The notes: generated from the letters alone by a model not told the origin. Counted from the first letter of the stretch, positions 9,321 through 19,537 are shown. The stretch is 64,000 bases of DNA from Sideroxydans sp. (GCA_027310725.1 DAIDAG010000066.1:96828-160827); one strand, 5' to 3'. A program made the numbers and translations.

Positions 9321-10001
9321 ATGGAAATGCCTAGATTACAGAGAACCATTGCGGAGATAGGGCACCTGGCAGGCTGGTATGGCTATCTTCCTAAAGACCA
9401 CACGGATTCAACAGCGCAAATCATCGCGTGGGCTGAGGAACTTGAAGAAAAGTGGCTCAGTTACCAGAACGAAAATTGGAAAGAGACCGTTGTAGCGTTC
9501 GCTCGCGGCAAGATGTTCAACGAAGTTAATCGCAAGAACGCCTCGTTCGGCAACACCAACCCAGCCGGTATTGATGCTGTTGTGAATCGATCCAGGCAGG
9601 GGCTGACGATGGTGGATATGCCCAATCCCTTCTTTTATTGTGCCGGCGCGTGCAGGTCGCCGGTGTCTTTCCTGTCATACGACCTCTGCGTGAACGATGT
9701 TGCTGGCGTTGAAATCAAGGCGTGCCGCAGTGAGGTCGAGGATGGCGTGATTATCGCTGTCGAGGACAATGACAATCCCGAGTTTTTCGAGTTGTCCATG
9801 TATATCAGGGACGATGAAGATCCGTTTGCTCGAAAGATGCACATCGTCAATCTGCACCCGGAATCCTACGACATCGCAGTTGAATATGCGTCCAGGCTCC
9901 GCGACTTCGTTCAATCCAGCCAGTTATTTGGATTGGATCCGGTCGCGTTGATGGATGGATACAAATTTTCCAGGGAATCTACCCAAAGGAGCCGTCCATG
10001 A
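9321..10001 (+). CDS. Hypothetical protein
   Basis: RBS GGAGG, 226 aa, first gene of a coupled run. Confidence 0.7.
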   Translation: MEMPRLQRTIAEIGHLAGWYGYLPKDHTDSTAQIIAWAEELEEKWLSYQNENWKETVVAFARGKMFNEVNRKNASFGNTNPAGIDAVVNRSRQGLTMVDMPNPFFYCAGACRSPVSFLSYDLCVNDVAGVEIKACRSEVEDGVIIAVEDNDNPEFFELSMYIRDDEDPFARKMHIVNLHPESYDIAVEYASRLRDFVQSSQLFGLDPVALMDGYKFSRESTQRSRP

Positions 10002-10531
10002 GCACTGAAGTTCAGCAGATGCGTATCGTGACGATGCGCGTAGCCGTTCCAGCCGGAAGCGACGAAGAAGCCACGACCAAGTTGATCGATGTGCTTAACG
10101 CCGGTCGCATACATCCGCCGCAGACTCAGATGCTGGCCTGCACGCTTGCAAAAGAGCCGCTGAACAAGGCGTTTGCGGCAGGGGATTTTGAGCATCTTCA
10201 AGAAGTGCTGGAATATTCCCCAATCGCAATCCCGCTCGGGCAGGACTACCAGTTGGTCGACCTTGAGCATGGTGGGATGGCGGAGATCAAGTCTGGTGAA
10301 AACACCACATGGGTGGGTGTCAGCAATCCGAATCACGAAGATGGTGAACACGATGGTGCCATCTCGATTCAGATCGGGCGTTCTCAGGATGGTGTTGACG
10401 TAGATCTTTACGGCAGAGGTGCCGAAAACGAATCACTTTCCTCTTCGTTTGTTGATTACTCCGATGCGCTGGATGTGCAGAAGACAAACATGCCGTCGGC
10501 TGGCGACGCAAGTGCCGCGAAGCCGAAGTAA
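9998..10531 (+). CDS. Hypothetical protein
   Basis: ATGA overlap, 177 aa. Confidence 0.7.
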   Translation: MSTEVQQMRIVTMRVAVPAGSDEEATTKLIDVLNAGRIHPPQTQMLACTLAKEPLNKAFAAGDFEHLQEVLEYSPIAIPLGQDYQLVDLEHGGMAEIKSGENTTWVGVSNPNHEDGEHDGAISIQIGRSQDGVDVDLYGRGAENESLSSSFVDYSDALDVQKTNMPSAGDASAAKPK

Positions 10532-10548
10532 TCTACTGGAGATCGACA

Positions 10549-11373
10549 ATGAAAAATATCCTCAATCGGATCGACAATCTTGCCAAAGTGGCCGCGATGA
10601 AACGCCATCTTTCATCCCATCCCGATTGGGCTGAAAAGATCGGTAATCCTGAATTCTTTGACCAAGCGGTCATCAACAGCGGGTTGTGCGAATCTTTGAC
10701 CAAAACCCGCACTGAGTTCGTCGACTTCTTCCGCTCCAGCCTGAAATCTGCATTCACCGGTATCGACAAATTCGCGGTCAAGGCGGCGATCGGCAACGTG
10801 GTTGAGCATGCAAGGAACGAAGCGAGCTGGTTCCGTGATGGTGACGGAGCGGAGAACATCGAGAATGGCGATGACATCGCCAACGGGATCGGTCGAATCG
10901 GTGATCTGTTGGAATTATCTGAACTTGCTTGTGACGATCAGTCACTCGAAGTGCCGGGCAGCGCGCCAGAAGAAATATATGCGCCTTTCGACAGGCAAGA
11001 TCGTAACACCATGTTGGCCGCGCTTCGCTATTACCAACAGGAAGGGATGGGCAATCCAGCCGTCCGTAGCGATGTGATTAACGAGATCGCAACGGACGGC
11101 GATACCGATGTATCGATGGACGATAGCGGTATTGATGACCTGTGTGAGCGCATTAATACCGCACAACAGCCGCGCGCGCTGGTCGTAATTTTCGGCGGAA
11201 ACGCTGATTATGCGACCGATAAAGGTGTTGATCTGGAGGTCTTTGATTGGGACAACTACAACGCTGGAGACCGTGATCAGCGTGTTCCTGCGCATTTTGC
11301 GGATCTGGCAGATTTGTTCCACAACATCCCGCTCGAAGGTCAGGATGAGGTTGTGTCGGACAAACCGGTTTGA
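10549..11373 (+). CDS. Hypothetical multi-domain protein
   Basis: RBS GGAG; the C-terminal domain is shared with the next gene. Confidence 0.7.
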   Translation: MKNILNRIDNLAKVAAMKRHLSSHPDWAEKIGNPEFFDQAVINSGLCESLTKTRTEFVDFFRSSLKSAFTGIDKFAVKAAIGNVVEHARNEASWFRDGDGAENIENGDDIANGIGRIGDLLELSELACDDQSLEVPGSAPEEIYAPFDRQDRNTMLAALRYYQQEGMGNPAVRSDVINEIATDGDTDVSMDDSGIDDLCERINTAQQPRALVVIFGGNADYATDKGVDLEVFDWDNYNAGDRDQRVPAHFADLADLFHNIPLEGQDEVVSDKPV

Positions 11374-11380
11374 GGTAAAT

Positions 11381-12061
11381 ATGAGTCAGGAAAAAAATCA
11401 TGGCGTGCAGCGAAGCGAAATTGAAGATGCGATCAATGACTTGACAGCAGGTATCAATGCCAACATCTGGTATGACGCAAGGCAGTATGGCGATGCTTCG
11501 GCGGAAGAGCGGATCAGCAAGACACATAATGCCATGCGCTTCGCCGTCGAAGCCTTAAAAAAGCTCGCAGCACTAGATCAAATGAGTGCGGGTAACGCGG
11601 TGCTGAATATTCTCCGCGTTTTGGTCGTGCTCGATAGAGACGGAATATCAAGCTTCAATGCTGACAGCGGCGTTGATGTCTTCGTTTATGATCCAATGAA
11701 TCCGAAAAAGGTGCCGCCCAACTTTGCTGACCTAGCTGAGGCCTATATCGACGTTCCAGTCGAGATTGATCTTGGCGAACAGGTTAATTCTGATTCGCTG
11801 GAACAAGCATTGACGAATGAAGACTGGAAGGTTCGTTTAGCCGCCATTGAGCGCATCGAGCGCGATAACCTGGATCTTTCCGAAGATCAGCACGAACGCG
11901 CGCTGACTGATGAATCCTGTTTGGTTCGCGCTGCCGCTGTCAAGCTCGGGCAATTGAGCCCCGCGCAGTACGACAGAGCGCTGGAAGATGATAGCCGCAC
12001 CGTAGTATTGGCGGCTCAAGAGACTCCCAGATCAATCCTGTGCATGAAGCCGATGCGATGA
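11381..12061 (+). CDS. HEAT-repeat-containing protein
   Basis: RBS GAGG, ATG 11381; three repeats of the form AL.DE...VR.AA. Confidence 0.7.
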   Translation: MSQEKNHGVQRSEIEDAINDLTAGINANIWYDARQYGDASAEERISKTHNAMRFAVEALKKLAALDQMSAGNAVLNILRVLVVLDRDGISSFNADSGVDVFVYDPMNPKKVPPNFADLAEAYIDVPVEIDLGEQVNSDSLEQALTNEDWKVRLAAIERIERDNLDLSEDQHERALTDESCLVRAAAVKLGQLSPAQYDRALEDDSRTVVLAAQETPRSILCMKPMR

Positions 12062-13467
12062 CAGAACTTCGTACCGACGCCTGGATCAAGGAACTCAAAC
12101 AGAACCGGGGAATCCCCCGGATATATCTGGATGGGCTGCAGGCCATTCGCACTGGGTTTGCCCCGGGCGACAAGTATGAAATCACCATCGACGGCGACCG
12201 GCTTATTCTGTCCGCAAACAAGGATGGTTCGCGTACTGTCAGCAAACGGAAGCAACGTGATGCCGTGTACCCTGTCATCGACATCAACAGCCGTGACTTG
12301 CTCGGAATGTTCGAAGGAATGAAGGCCGTCCGGATCATAGTTCGGGATGACAAGGTCTTTATCCTGCCGATCGCATCTGAATCGCACAAACTGGAGCGGT
12401 TGGCGCGTATCAAGCGCAAGGTCAGGAACGGCGAACCCATGAACATGGGAAGTCTGGCGCACGGCGGCGGCGTTCTGACGCATGCTATCCATGCTGGGCT
12501 GAAGGCGGCTGGTATCAAGGCCAATTTGATGTTCGCCAATGAGATCCGTGAAGACCTGATTGAACGGGCGGCACAATACAATGACGCGTGGTCTGAGGGC
12601 ACGCAGATCATGAACTTGCCGATGCAGGAACTCGCGCAGGACGAGTGGCTGCTCAAGCAGTTGCCCAAACTGGAGGTATTGGAAATGGGACTGCCATGCA
12701 GCGGGGCGTCGCGCGCCGGCAAGTCCAAGCGCGGCCTTGAGATGATGGAAGCTCACCCCGAGGTCGGTCACCTGGTTGTCCCTGCTCTGATCATCGTTGA
12801 TCGCGTCCAGCCGGTCTATATCACGCTGGAGAACGTCCCTGAGTACGCCGACAGTGCATCGGCTCAGATCCTGCGGCAGCAGCTCCGCGACATGGGATAC
12901 ACAACCTGCGAAGCCATTCTGTCTGGGCGTGATTTCGGGTGCCTGGAAAACAGGGTTCGTTGGTGCATGGTAGCGCACACCGCTGGTACCACGTTTTCCT
13001 TTGAAGACATTCGCCCCAAGGTCATGATCGTCAAGATGCTGGGAGAAGTGTTGAGCGATGTTCCGTTGGATGATCCATCCTGGCGCGAGGTTGCCTACCT
13101 GAAGAAGAAACAAGAGCGCGATCATGCCGCCGGCAAGGGATTTTCCATGCAGTTCGTGACGCCTGAATCCACCAGCGTCCCGACCCTCCGCAAGGGGTAT
13201 GCCAAAGGTGGTTCCACTGACCCGCGATTGAAACACCCTGTAAATCCTGAACTATCCCGGCTGCTGACCCCAGCCGAGCATGGCCGCATCAAGGGCATGC
13301 CGCCGGCGCTGAACTATCTTTCTCATCAGGAGTTGGGGCAGGGGATCGCGTATGAGCCATTCGAGAAGGTCGGACAGCGCATCGGCGAGCACATCAATGC
13401 GTTGCAGGAGGATTTTGAGGTCGCAACGAATAGCCCGAGACGTAGCCGGTCTTTTGGGATTGGTTAG
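12058..13467 (+). CDS. DNA cytosine-5 methyltransferase with N-terminal AbrB-like extension
   Basis: SLAHGGG (motif I variant), FANE, catalytic GLPCSGAS, ENV, ENRVR, RLLTPAEH.RIKG.P. Confidence 0.85.
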   Translation: MTELRTDAWIKELKQNRGIPRIYLDGLQAIRTGFAPGDKYEITIDGDRLILSANKDGSRTVSKRKQRDAVYPVIDINSRDLLGMFEGMKAVRIIVRDDKVFILPIASESHKLERLARIKRKVRNGEPMNMGSLAHGGGVLTHAIHAGLKAAGIKANLMFANEIREDLIERAAQYNDAWSEGTQIMNLPMQELAQDEWLLKQLPKLEVLEMGLPCSGASRAGKSKRGLEMMEAHPEVGHLVVPALIIVDRVQPVYITLENVPEYADSASAQILRQQLRDMGYTTCEAILSGRDFGCLENRVRWCMVAHTAGTTFSFEDIRPKVMIVKMLGEVLSDVPLDDPSWREVAYLKKKQERDHAAGKGFSMQFVTPESTSVPTLRKGYAKGGSTDPRLKHPVNPELSRLLTPAEHGRIKGMPPALNYLSHQELGQGIAYEPFEKVGQRIGEHINALQEDFEVATNSPRRSRSFGIG

Positions 13468-13539
13468 AATAGGTGTTATACGCTTGACTATATATGTCGT
13501 GCGTATAACAATGTGGTGTCACTTTAGAGTCAAAGAATA

Positions 13540-14625
13540 ATGATCAAACGTCTACCGGAAAGCGCACAGACGCTCTATGCCGAATTGCTGCAAAAGTCTG
13601 CCATTCCTATCGAAGGCGGGGGTTCCTATGTTACCAAGAAGATCCGCGAACGTGTTTATTGGTATCACCAGACCATTACGGCTGAGGGGGTCAAGAAGCA
13701 GCATTATATTGGTGCCGATACCCCGGAGCTGCGTGAACAGATTGAAACTTTGAAGAGCGGAGGGGATGTCTCTGCGATCATCAATGCCAGAAAAAAACTG
13801 GTTTCCATGCTCGGCGCCGCTGGGGCGTTGCTGGAAAAAGGACGTTCTGCGCGCATCATCGATAAGATGTCACGTATCGGTCTATTTGAATCTGGTGGCG
13901 CAATGGTCGGGTCTTATGCATTCGCTTGTTACGGGAACATGCTGGGGGTCGAATCCGCCGCATCGTTACGAAGGACTGAAGACATCGATTTTTCAGTGGC
14001 AAGAACGATTGATATTGCGGTTCATCGCGACATACGAGCTGCACTACTGGATGTTGATGCCTCGCTCAAGGTGCCGGTACAGACGAATCCAGGAGTGTTT
14101 CCATTCGAGATGGTCTCCAAAGATGGATTCAAAATCGAATTTCTGACAACCAGGGAGTCGCCTTCTGATCGAGTTCCAGTCAGCATTGTCGAGTTCGGAG
14201 TCCATGCACAGCCGCTTGAGTTTATGGACTACCTGCTTGACGATTTACAGGAAGCGGTTGTGTTGCACGGCGCCGGCATTCCGGTCAAAGTTCCAAACCC
14301 TGCAAGATTTGCCATTCATAAACTGGCCGTCTCGCAGATACGTCCAGTAGGCATGCAGACGAAGATCAATAAGGATATTGCGCAGTCCGCATTTGTGATT
14401 GAGGTTTTAGCGCAAGACAATCCCGGTTCCTTGTCTATCGCGATTGATGACGCCGTGGATCGCGGCGACGGCCTTTGGCATTTCGCTCAAAAAGGCGTCA
14501 ACAGGCTTCCGTCGGAGATTATTTCGATACTGACGGAAAGTGTTGGAGGACCATTGCCGCATGTATCGGTTGATACTGCCAGCGGGAAATTTGTGCGCGA
14601 CAGCACCATGCTCACGCTGAAGTAA
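13540..14625 (+). CDS. GSU2403-like nucleotidyltransferase-fold protein
   Basis: TLYAELL, YWYHQ..KQHYIG.D N-terminus; VGS.AF..Y, RTEDIDF, VPNPARFAIHKL, KDI.Q. Confidence 0.75.
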   Translation: MIKRLPESAQTLYAELLQKSAIPIEGGGSYVTKKIRERVYWYHQTITAEGVKKQHYIGADTPELREQIETLKSGGDVSAIINARKKLVSMLGAAGALLEKGRSARIIDKMSRIGLFESGGAMVGSYAFACYGNMLGVESAASLRRTEDIDFSVARTIDIAVHRDIRAALLDVDASLKVPVQTNPGVFPFEMVSKDGFKIEFLTTRESPSDRVPVSIVEFGVHAQPLEFMDYLLDDLQEAVVLHGAGIPVKVPNPARFAIHKLAVSQIRPVGMQTKINKDIAQSAFVIEVLAQDNPGSLSIAIDDAVDRGDGLWHFAQKGVNRLPSEIISILTESVGGPLPHVSVDTASGKFVRDSTMLTLK

Positions 14626-14680
14626 AGCACGCGTAATCGCGGTCATAAATAAGACTGATCGTTTTATAACTTTAAAATAA

Positions 14681-14699
14681 TGCAAGTATGTATCATGCA
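14681..14699. promoter_or_regulatory. TGCA-N11-TGCA operator
   Basis: TGCAagtatgtatcaTGCA just downstream of a TAAAAT -10-like hexamer, upstream of 14726. Confidence 0.65.
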
Positions 14700-14725
14700 C
14701 ACACATCAAGAAACGTCAGGCAGGA

Positions 14726-15364
14726 ATGATCATGGCTGAAAATACGACGGCAACTATCGATGGGCAAGACTTCCAGGTTCGGCATATACCAGCGCCCGAA
14801 TCCAGATTTGTCATTTATGGTGTATTCGATGAATCCGATCAGGAGATTTCGCGCGCGGCGCGCTCCGACGTAGCTATCGCCAATGCACGCATCAACATTC
14901 TGTCCTGCAAGCCTCACCATGAGCTGACATTTGAAGAATTTAGCGAGATCGCGCTGATCATTATGGTTCGTGCGGGGCAGGGCAAGTCGGGGAATGCCAC
15001 GTCCGGCAAGATCCGCTATCTGGTCGATGATTTGTTTAGTTGGCAAGACAATCTTTTTGCCATTCGTGCCGAGGCTAATCGCTGCTATGAGAAGGCAGGA
15101 TACGCGAAGCAGCATGCCGACGGTGATCCTGATGTGTTGCCGCGTGACAAGTGGGTGTCGCAGTTCATGGATAGTGTCCTGACTTGTCACGAGTCATGCG
15201 ATGTAGTCACGACCAGCGCAACCGAAATTGGACGGCCATTTATTCTGGTCAACACCAGATCGCTCGCCGCGTCGTTGAAAAAAGACAACCTGCTCCGTTT
15301 GGGTTACGACCACTACGCGCCGCTTCCTGAACAAACATCTCCTGTTATGAAACAAAGAGGGTAA
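14726..15364 (+). CDS. Hypothetical protein
   Basis: 212 aa, first gene of a three-gene run. Confidence 0.65.
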   Translation: MIMAENTTATIDGQDFQVRHIPAPESRFVIYGVFDESDQEISRAARSDVAIANARINILSCKPHHELTFEEFSEIALIIMVRAGQGKSGNATSGKIRYLVDDLFSWQDNLFAIRAEANRCYEKAGYAKQHADGDPDVLPRDKWVSQFMDSVLTCHESCDVVTTSATEIGRPFILVNTRSLAASLKKDNLLRLGYDHYAPLPEQTSPVMKQRG

Positions 15365-15366
15365 CG

Positions 15367-15795
15367 ATGAACGACAAGAATTCAGCCTTGCAGATTGCAA
15401 CGGCTGCAGCCTTCATGATGGAGGGCTTGCACGATGCCGGATATAACGACTGTATCGCGGCGTGGGACAAGGGTTGCATAGAGATGGTTCAGAGCATTGT
15501 CAGCTATGCGCCGCTGGTCAGCCGCTTGCTTGATGCACTTGAAAAGCAGGACTTCCCGGGTGTCTTCGATTACGAAGTCTCAAGCCCCTTCGGGAAATGG
15601 TTCGGTGATTACATCCTTGAACATGGGGACGAGCCGCCGAAGCAGGATGCTTGCTCCTGGCTCTCCAAAGAAGTCGAGTCATTCTTTACACAGAAAGAGA
15701 TGACTGCACCTGAAGTCGCCGAGATCCATGCGGCCATTCATGAGGTGGTCGCGACGGAATTGGCGACGGCTTCCACATCGGGGATGAAACCATGA
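15367..15795 (+). CDS. Hypothetical protein
   Basis: RBS GAGGG, 142 aa. Confidence 0.7.
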   Translation: MNDKNSALQIATAAAFMMEGLHDAGYNDCIAAWDKGCIEMVQSIVSYAPLVSRLLDALEKQDFPGVFDYEVSSPFGKWFGDYILEHGDEPPKQDACSWLSKEVESFFTQKEMTAPEVAEIHAAIHEVVATELATASTSGMKP

Positions 15796-16529
15796 CATCT
15801 AATAATCCACTCGAATTCCTGTCGCGCATCGAGATCGCCGAAGCCGATGGCGAGATCCAGAACATCCACTGCCTGCTCAAGATGGAAAGCCTGCTTTCCG
15901 GGCTTGAGCTACGAATTTTCCGGGTGAAGCAGGGCGTTGCCGGGATTATCGCCGGCGAAGTGTCTGCGATCGCAAAGAACTTCGTGTCGGTGGACTTGTA
16001 CCAGTCGCCCAGCGAGCGCGCGGCCAAGATACAAAATACCGCCATCGTCGAAAAAGCGCATATCGACAAGTCCAATCTGACTATCGGTGATCATGTGGCA
16101 ATCCGGTATTTCGCCGACGGCAGCCGGATGGGCAACGTGATCGAGCTTGAAGAGGATGCCGAATTCGTGATGGCGGTCGACGGGGTGACTGAAGAATACC
16201 CGGAATTCAGGGCTATCTTGCTCAAGATGCTGTCTGCGTCGAGCCAGAAAGGCCGCATGATCATTCCTGACCGGGATATTCCCGGGATCATCCAGGCGGC
16301 TGTCAAGGAATTCTGTGAGCCACGCGGATTTGTGATGGATGGCGAATCAAAGGCCAGTATCGACGTGAAGCGGATTTTCACGTCGCTGCTCTCCAAGTCC
16401 GAGGTGACGGTCAAGCAGTCCGCCCTGTGCGTTGAAGCCTATAACGCCAACGAACGCCGCAACGAGAAGCCGGTGTCCGGATTCCAGCCGTTGGGAGCAA
16501 TGAAGGCAGAAAACAGGCATTTGCGGTGA
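15792..16529 (+). CDS. Hypothetical protein
   Basis: ATGA overlap, 245 aa. Confidence 0.7.
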   Translation: MTSNNPLEFLSRIEIAEADGEIQNIHCLLKMESLLSGLELRIFRVKQGVAGIIAGEVSAIAKNFVSVDLYQSPSERAAKIQNTAIVEKAHIDKSNLTIGDHVAIRYFADGSRMGNVIELEEDAEFVMAVDGVTEEYPEFRAILLKMLSASSQKGRMIIPDRDIPGIIQAAVKEFCEPRGFVMDGESKASIDVKRIFTSLLSKSEVTVKQSALCVEAYNANERRNEKPVSGFQPLGAMKAENRHLR

Positions 16530-16543
16530 AATACTTGCTTTTT

Positions 16544-16572
16544 ATTATTGCATGTGTATTACATGCAATAAT
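16544..16572. promoter_or_regulatory. Extended TGCA-N11-TGCA palindrome (best copy of the operator)
   Basis: ATTATTGCATGT-gtatt-ACATGCAATAAT, perfect arms of at least 12 bp. Confidence 0.75.
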
Positions 16573-16652
16573 AGCAGCACTCGTTAAGAGGGTAACAACG
16601 ACGCCGTGAGTAACGGCAACTTTTTTTCAACCAGTAAGAGGAGAAGTAAATC

Positions 16653-17462
16653 ATGGCAGTCAAAAACGGCAACATGTTTGGCAAGGGTGGTAAGGGTTTC
16701 GATCAACACATCAAGCACGATCTGTTGACCGGTCGCATGTTTACCCAGGGCGTCATCGAAAACCAACTGAAGGCTCTGCGTCAGGAACTGAATGTCGAGT
16801 CCAAAGCATCCATGAAGGATCCGGTCTCGTATGCCATCCGCAAGGCACTGGCTGCGCAAGGCGTCCAACCGATCGATTCCGTGAGCGGTCATTTCGTGGG
16901 TTGTAAGGTCAGCGAGCGCGAAGCAGGCGATGGTGTGGCACGCGAAGCAGCTCTCCGCTTGCAGGATGCGGACAGCGGCGACATCGATACCGTGGTTCTG
17001 AACCTGAACAGCGGCGCCGGCCAGATGGCTATCCAGAAGCTGAAACACGTCGCTCCCGGCGAGCAGATCACGCTGAAGCTATTTTCCAGCGTGTCGGAAC
17101 CGGTGGAAGAAGGCGGCAAGACTTTCGTCAACCACTACGGTGCCATCAACCGCGCCGACGGTTCCAAAGTTACGCTGGACGACGATGCGAAAGTGAAGGC
17201 GCTGAACAAGCAACTGACCGATGAGCGCAACGCTTTGACGGCGAAGAAGGCATCCAAGGAACTGGTGAGCGCAACCATCAATTCCATCAAGGTCAATGCC
17301 GCTCTGGATACCGCCAAGGGAGTTGAAGCCAAGGTGGCCAACTTCAAGCTGAATGGTCATCCGCCTGCAACCAACGAGGCGTTCAGCGAGCAGGATACCG
17401 AGTTCGGTGATGCAGGTTTCGACAACGGCGGCGCCGGCAAGTCTGCGGCACCCAAAGCCTAA
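16653..17462 (+). CDS. Hypothetical protein with acidic C-terminal region
   Basis: Strong RBS GAGGAG, own operator and terminator, biased codon usage. Confidence 0.8.
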   Translation: MAVKNGNMFGKGGKGFDQHIKHDLLTGRMFTQGVIENQLKALRQELNVESKASMKDPVSYAIRKALAAQGVQPIDSVSGHFVGCKVSEREAGDGVAREAALRLQDADSGDIDTVVLNLNSGAGQMAIQKLKHVAPGEQITLKLFSSVSEPVEEGGKTFVNHYGAINRADGSKVTLDDDAKVKALNKQLTDERNALTAKKASKELVSATINSIKVNAALDTAKGVEAKVANFKLNGHPPATNEAFSEQDTEFGDAGFDNGGAGKSAAPKA

Positions 17463-17484
17463 CTTGGCCTGGTATGCAGTACCT

Positions 17485-17514
17485 CAAAAGGGCGTGCAAC
17501 CGCCCTTTTGTTTT
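17485..17514 (+). terminator. Rho-independent terminator (potentially bidirectional)
   Basis: CAAAAGGGCG-tgcaac-CGCCCTTTTG followed by TTTT. Confidence 0.85.
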
Positions 17515-17515
17515 A

Positions 17516-17534
17516 TGCAATTATTATTTATGCA
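17516..17534. promoter_or_regulatory. TGCA-N11-TGCA operator
   Basis: TGCAattattatttaTGCA upstream of the helicase. Confidence 0.65.
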
Positions 17535-17589
17535 CTCGCATTCTGATAGATTCGTGACGTTCGATTTCAACGTTTACGGGGAGTAGAAA

Positions 17590-19167
17590 ATGGCGATCAG
17601 CTACGCAAAAGAGACATTTGACGACGAGCCTGCTGCCGTCAAACCAGCTCCATTGGTTAACTACATGCCTGAACAAAAGGCGATCATCGAGTCTCGTGAG
17701 CCTTCGATCAAGGTTTCAGCCTTTGCGGGTACGGGAAAGACGACCACTCTGGTCGGATATGCCAATAACCGCCGGAATGACAGCATGATCTACTTGGCTT
17801 TCAATAAAGCCATTCAGGAAGAAGCGGCGCGGAAATTCACCGGCAATGTCGAATGCCGCACCACGCACTCGATCGCCTACCAGGCGATGAACGTGCAGGA
17901 AAAGTATCTCAAGAAATTGTCTTTCGGTCTCAAGCCGTTCGACCTTGCCAAGCCGTTCGATGCGACCTACATCGATGCGGCGAATGCGATCCAGATCCTC
18001 AACAATTTCACATCCAGCGCCGATAGCCAGATCAGCGAGATCAATGCCATTGCGGCAAATATCAAGCCCGGCATGCGTCCCAGAGCCATTGCGCTGGCAA
18101 AGGAAGCATGGAAGCACATGATCGATCCTGACACCGACAAGGTGCCCATGACGCACGATGGCTACCTGAAACTGTTCCAGTTGTCCGGCAAGGCCATCGC
18201 CAAGAGAAATGGCGAGTTGTACAAGACCGTCCTGTTCGACGAGGCTCAGGATGCCAACCCGGTCACGACAGCGATGGTTATGGGACTGTCGGCCAACAAG
18301 GTTTTCGTTGGCGATCGCCACCAGTCGATTTATGCCTTCCGTGGCGCCAAGAATGCGATGGAGATGATGACGGGAATCGCTGAATACCCGTTGTTTTCCT
18401 CGTTCCGGTTTGGTCAGCGCGTCGCAGACGCGGCCAATATCATCCTGGGTTATACCCTGGGAGAGGAAAAGCACAGCCTGCGTGGGCTTGGCGGGCAATC
18501 GCGAGTCACCGGCGGCGGGAACGCCGCGCGCCACAGCGGCCAGATTGCGAAACTTGCGAGGACGAATGGCACGATCCTCGACATGACGGCTGAATGCATG
18601 GAGTCGAACGTGCCCTTCTACATTGTCGGGGGCACGGACTCGCTCAAGCTGAACCTGGTCATGGACACCTTCTATTTGTTCGCGAACCAGAAAGATCGGA
18701 TTGTCAACGCCCAGATCAAGCAGTTCGACAGCTTCGACGAGATGATGACATTGAGCGAAGAATCCGACGATCCCGAGTACAAGGCCATTTGCAAGGTCGT
18801 TAATCGCCACGAAGACAATACGCCCGTGTTGGTTGATTCTGTGAAGAAGGCGTGCCTGCCTTCTGCAAAGAAGGCTACTGTGGTTTTCTCGACCGCGCAC
18901 CGCAGCAAGGGACTGGAGTTCGATGCCGTGCAGCTACTCGACGACTTCACTTCGCTGACCCTGAATTCGCAGGACGAAGGCGTCGATATTCAGGAAGGCA
19001 ACCTGATTTATGTCGCCATGACGCGTGCGAAGAACACGCTTTATTTGAACGAGGATCTGGCAAATTTCCTTGAATGTCCGTCCCGCAACATCTTGCTTGA
19101 TGAGGCGGTCGGCATTAATGACCGCCTGCGCGGGGAAGTCAAGAAGGCCGTTTCGTTCAGCATCTGA
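17590..19167 (+). CDS. UvrD-like SF1 3'-5' DNA helicase
   Basis: AFAGTGKTT, YLAFNK, DEAQD, VGDRHQSIYAFRGA, SFRFG, STAHRSKGLEFD, YVAMTRA. Confidence 0.92.
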   Translation: MAISYAKETFDDEPAAVKPAPLVNYMPEQKAIIESREPSIKVSAFAGTGKTTTLVGYANNRRNDSMIYLAFNKAIQEEAARKFTGNVECRTTHSIAYQAMNVQEKYLKKLSFGLKPFDLAKPFDATYIDAANAIQILNNFTSSADSQISEINAIAANIKPGMRPRAIALAKEAWKHMIDPDTDKVPMTHDGYLKLFQLSGKAIAKRNGELYKTVLFDEAQDANPVTTAMVMGLSANKVFVGDRHQSIYAFRGAKNAMEMMTGIAEYPLFSSFRFGQRVADAANIILGYTLGEEKHSLRGLGGQSRVTGGGNAARHSGQIAKLARTNGTILDMTAECMESNVPFYIVGGTDSLKLNLVMDTFYLFANQKDRIVNAQIKQFDSFDEMMTLSEESDDPEYKAICKVVNRHEDNTPVLVDSVKKACLPSAKKATVVFSTAHRSKGLEFDAVQLLDDFTSLTLNSQDEGVDIQEGNLIYVAMTRAKNTLYLNEDLANFLECPSRNILLDEAVGINDRLRGEVKKAVSFSI

Positions 19168-19226
19168 TAAACGTGACAAGGTTTTCAAATTGAAGATCGC
19201 AAATCACAACATTTACTGGAGTAACA

Positions 19227-19505
19227 ATGGAAATTACCACGCGATGCGTTGTAGAACCAGATGAGCCTGTTGCAAAGGAATATGCGTTCGATTGCAAGTT
19301 GATTGCGGCATTGCGCGTCAAGGCGAAATCGCAGAAAGAGGCGGAGGTAATGCTCCGTGAAGTTCTGGATGCCGCAAGCTGCAATGCAGGTTGTTGGTCA
19401 GACGGAAGTCCTGTTTTATTCGAGGCGAGTCTTGATGGTGAACCGCCCCTGTTCGAAGTGGATGGAGAACCAGAAAACAGGACAGCTAAATCTCTCAAGA
19501 TGTAA
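19227..19505 (+). CDS. Hypothetical protein
   Basis: RBS GGAG, 92 aa. Confidence 0.65.
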   Translation: MEITTRCVVEPDEPVAKEYAFDCKLIAALRVKAKSQKEAEVMLREVLDAASCNAGCWSDGSPVLFEASLDGEPPLFEVDGEPENRTAKSLKM

Positions 19506-19537
19506 CAGGTTCCAAATCTGTAAGCAAAGGGGATGTC

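Noticed and set aside
12016-13236. 406-aa minus-strand ORF
   Set aside because: Antisense shadow of the C5 methylase; no motifs.
17716-18900. 394-aa minus-strand ORF
   Set aside because: Antisense shadow of the UvrD helicase, expected from codon bias.
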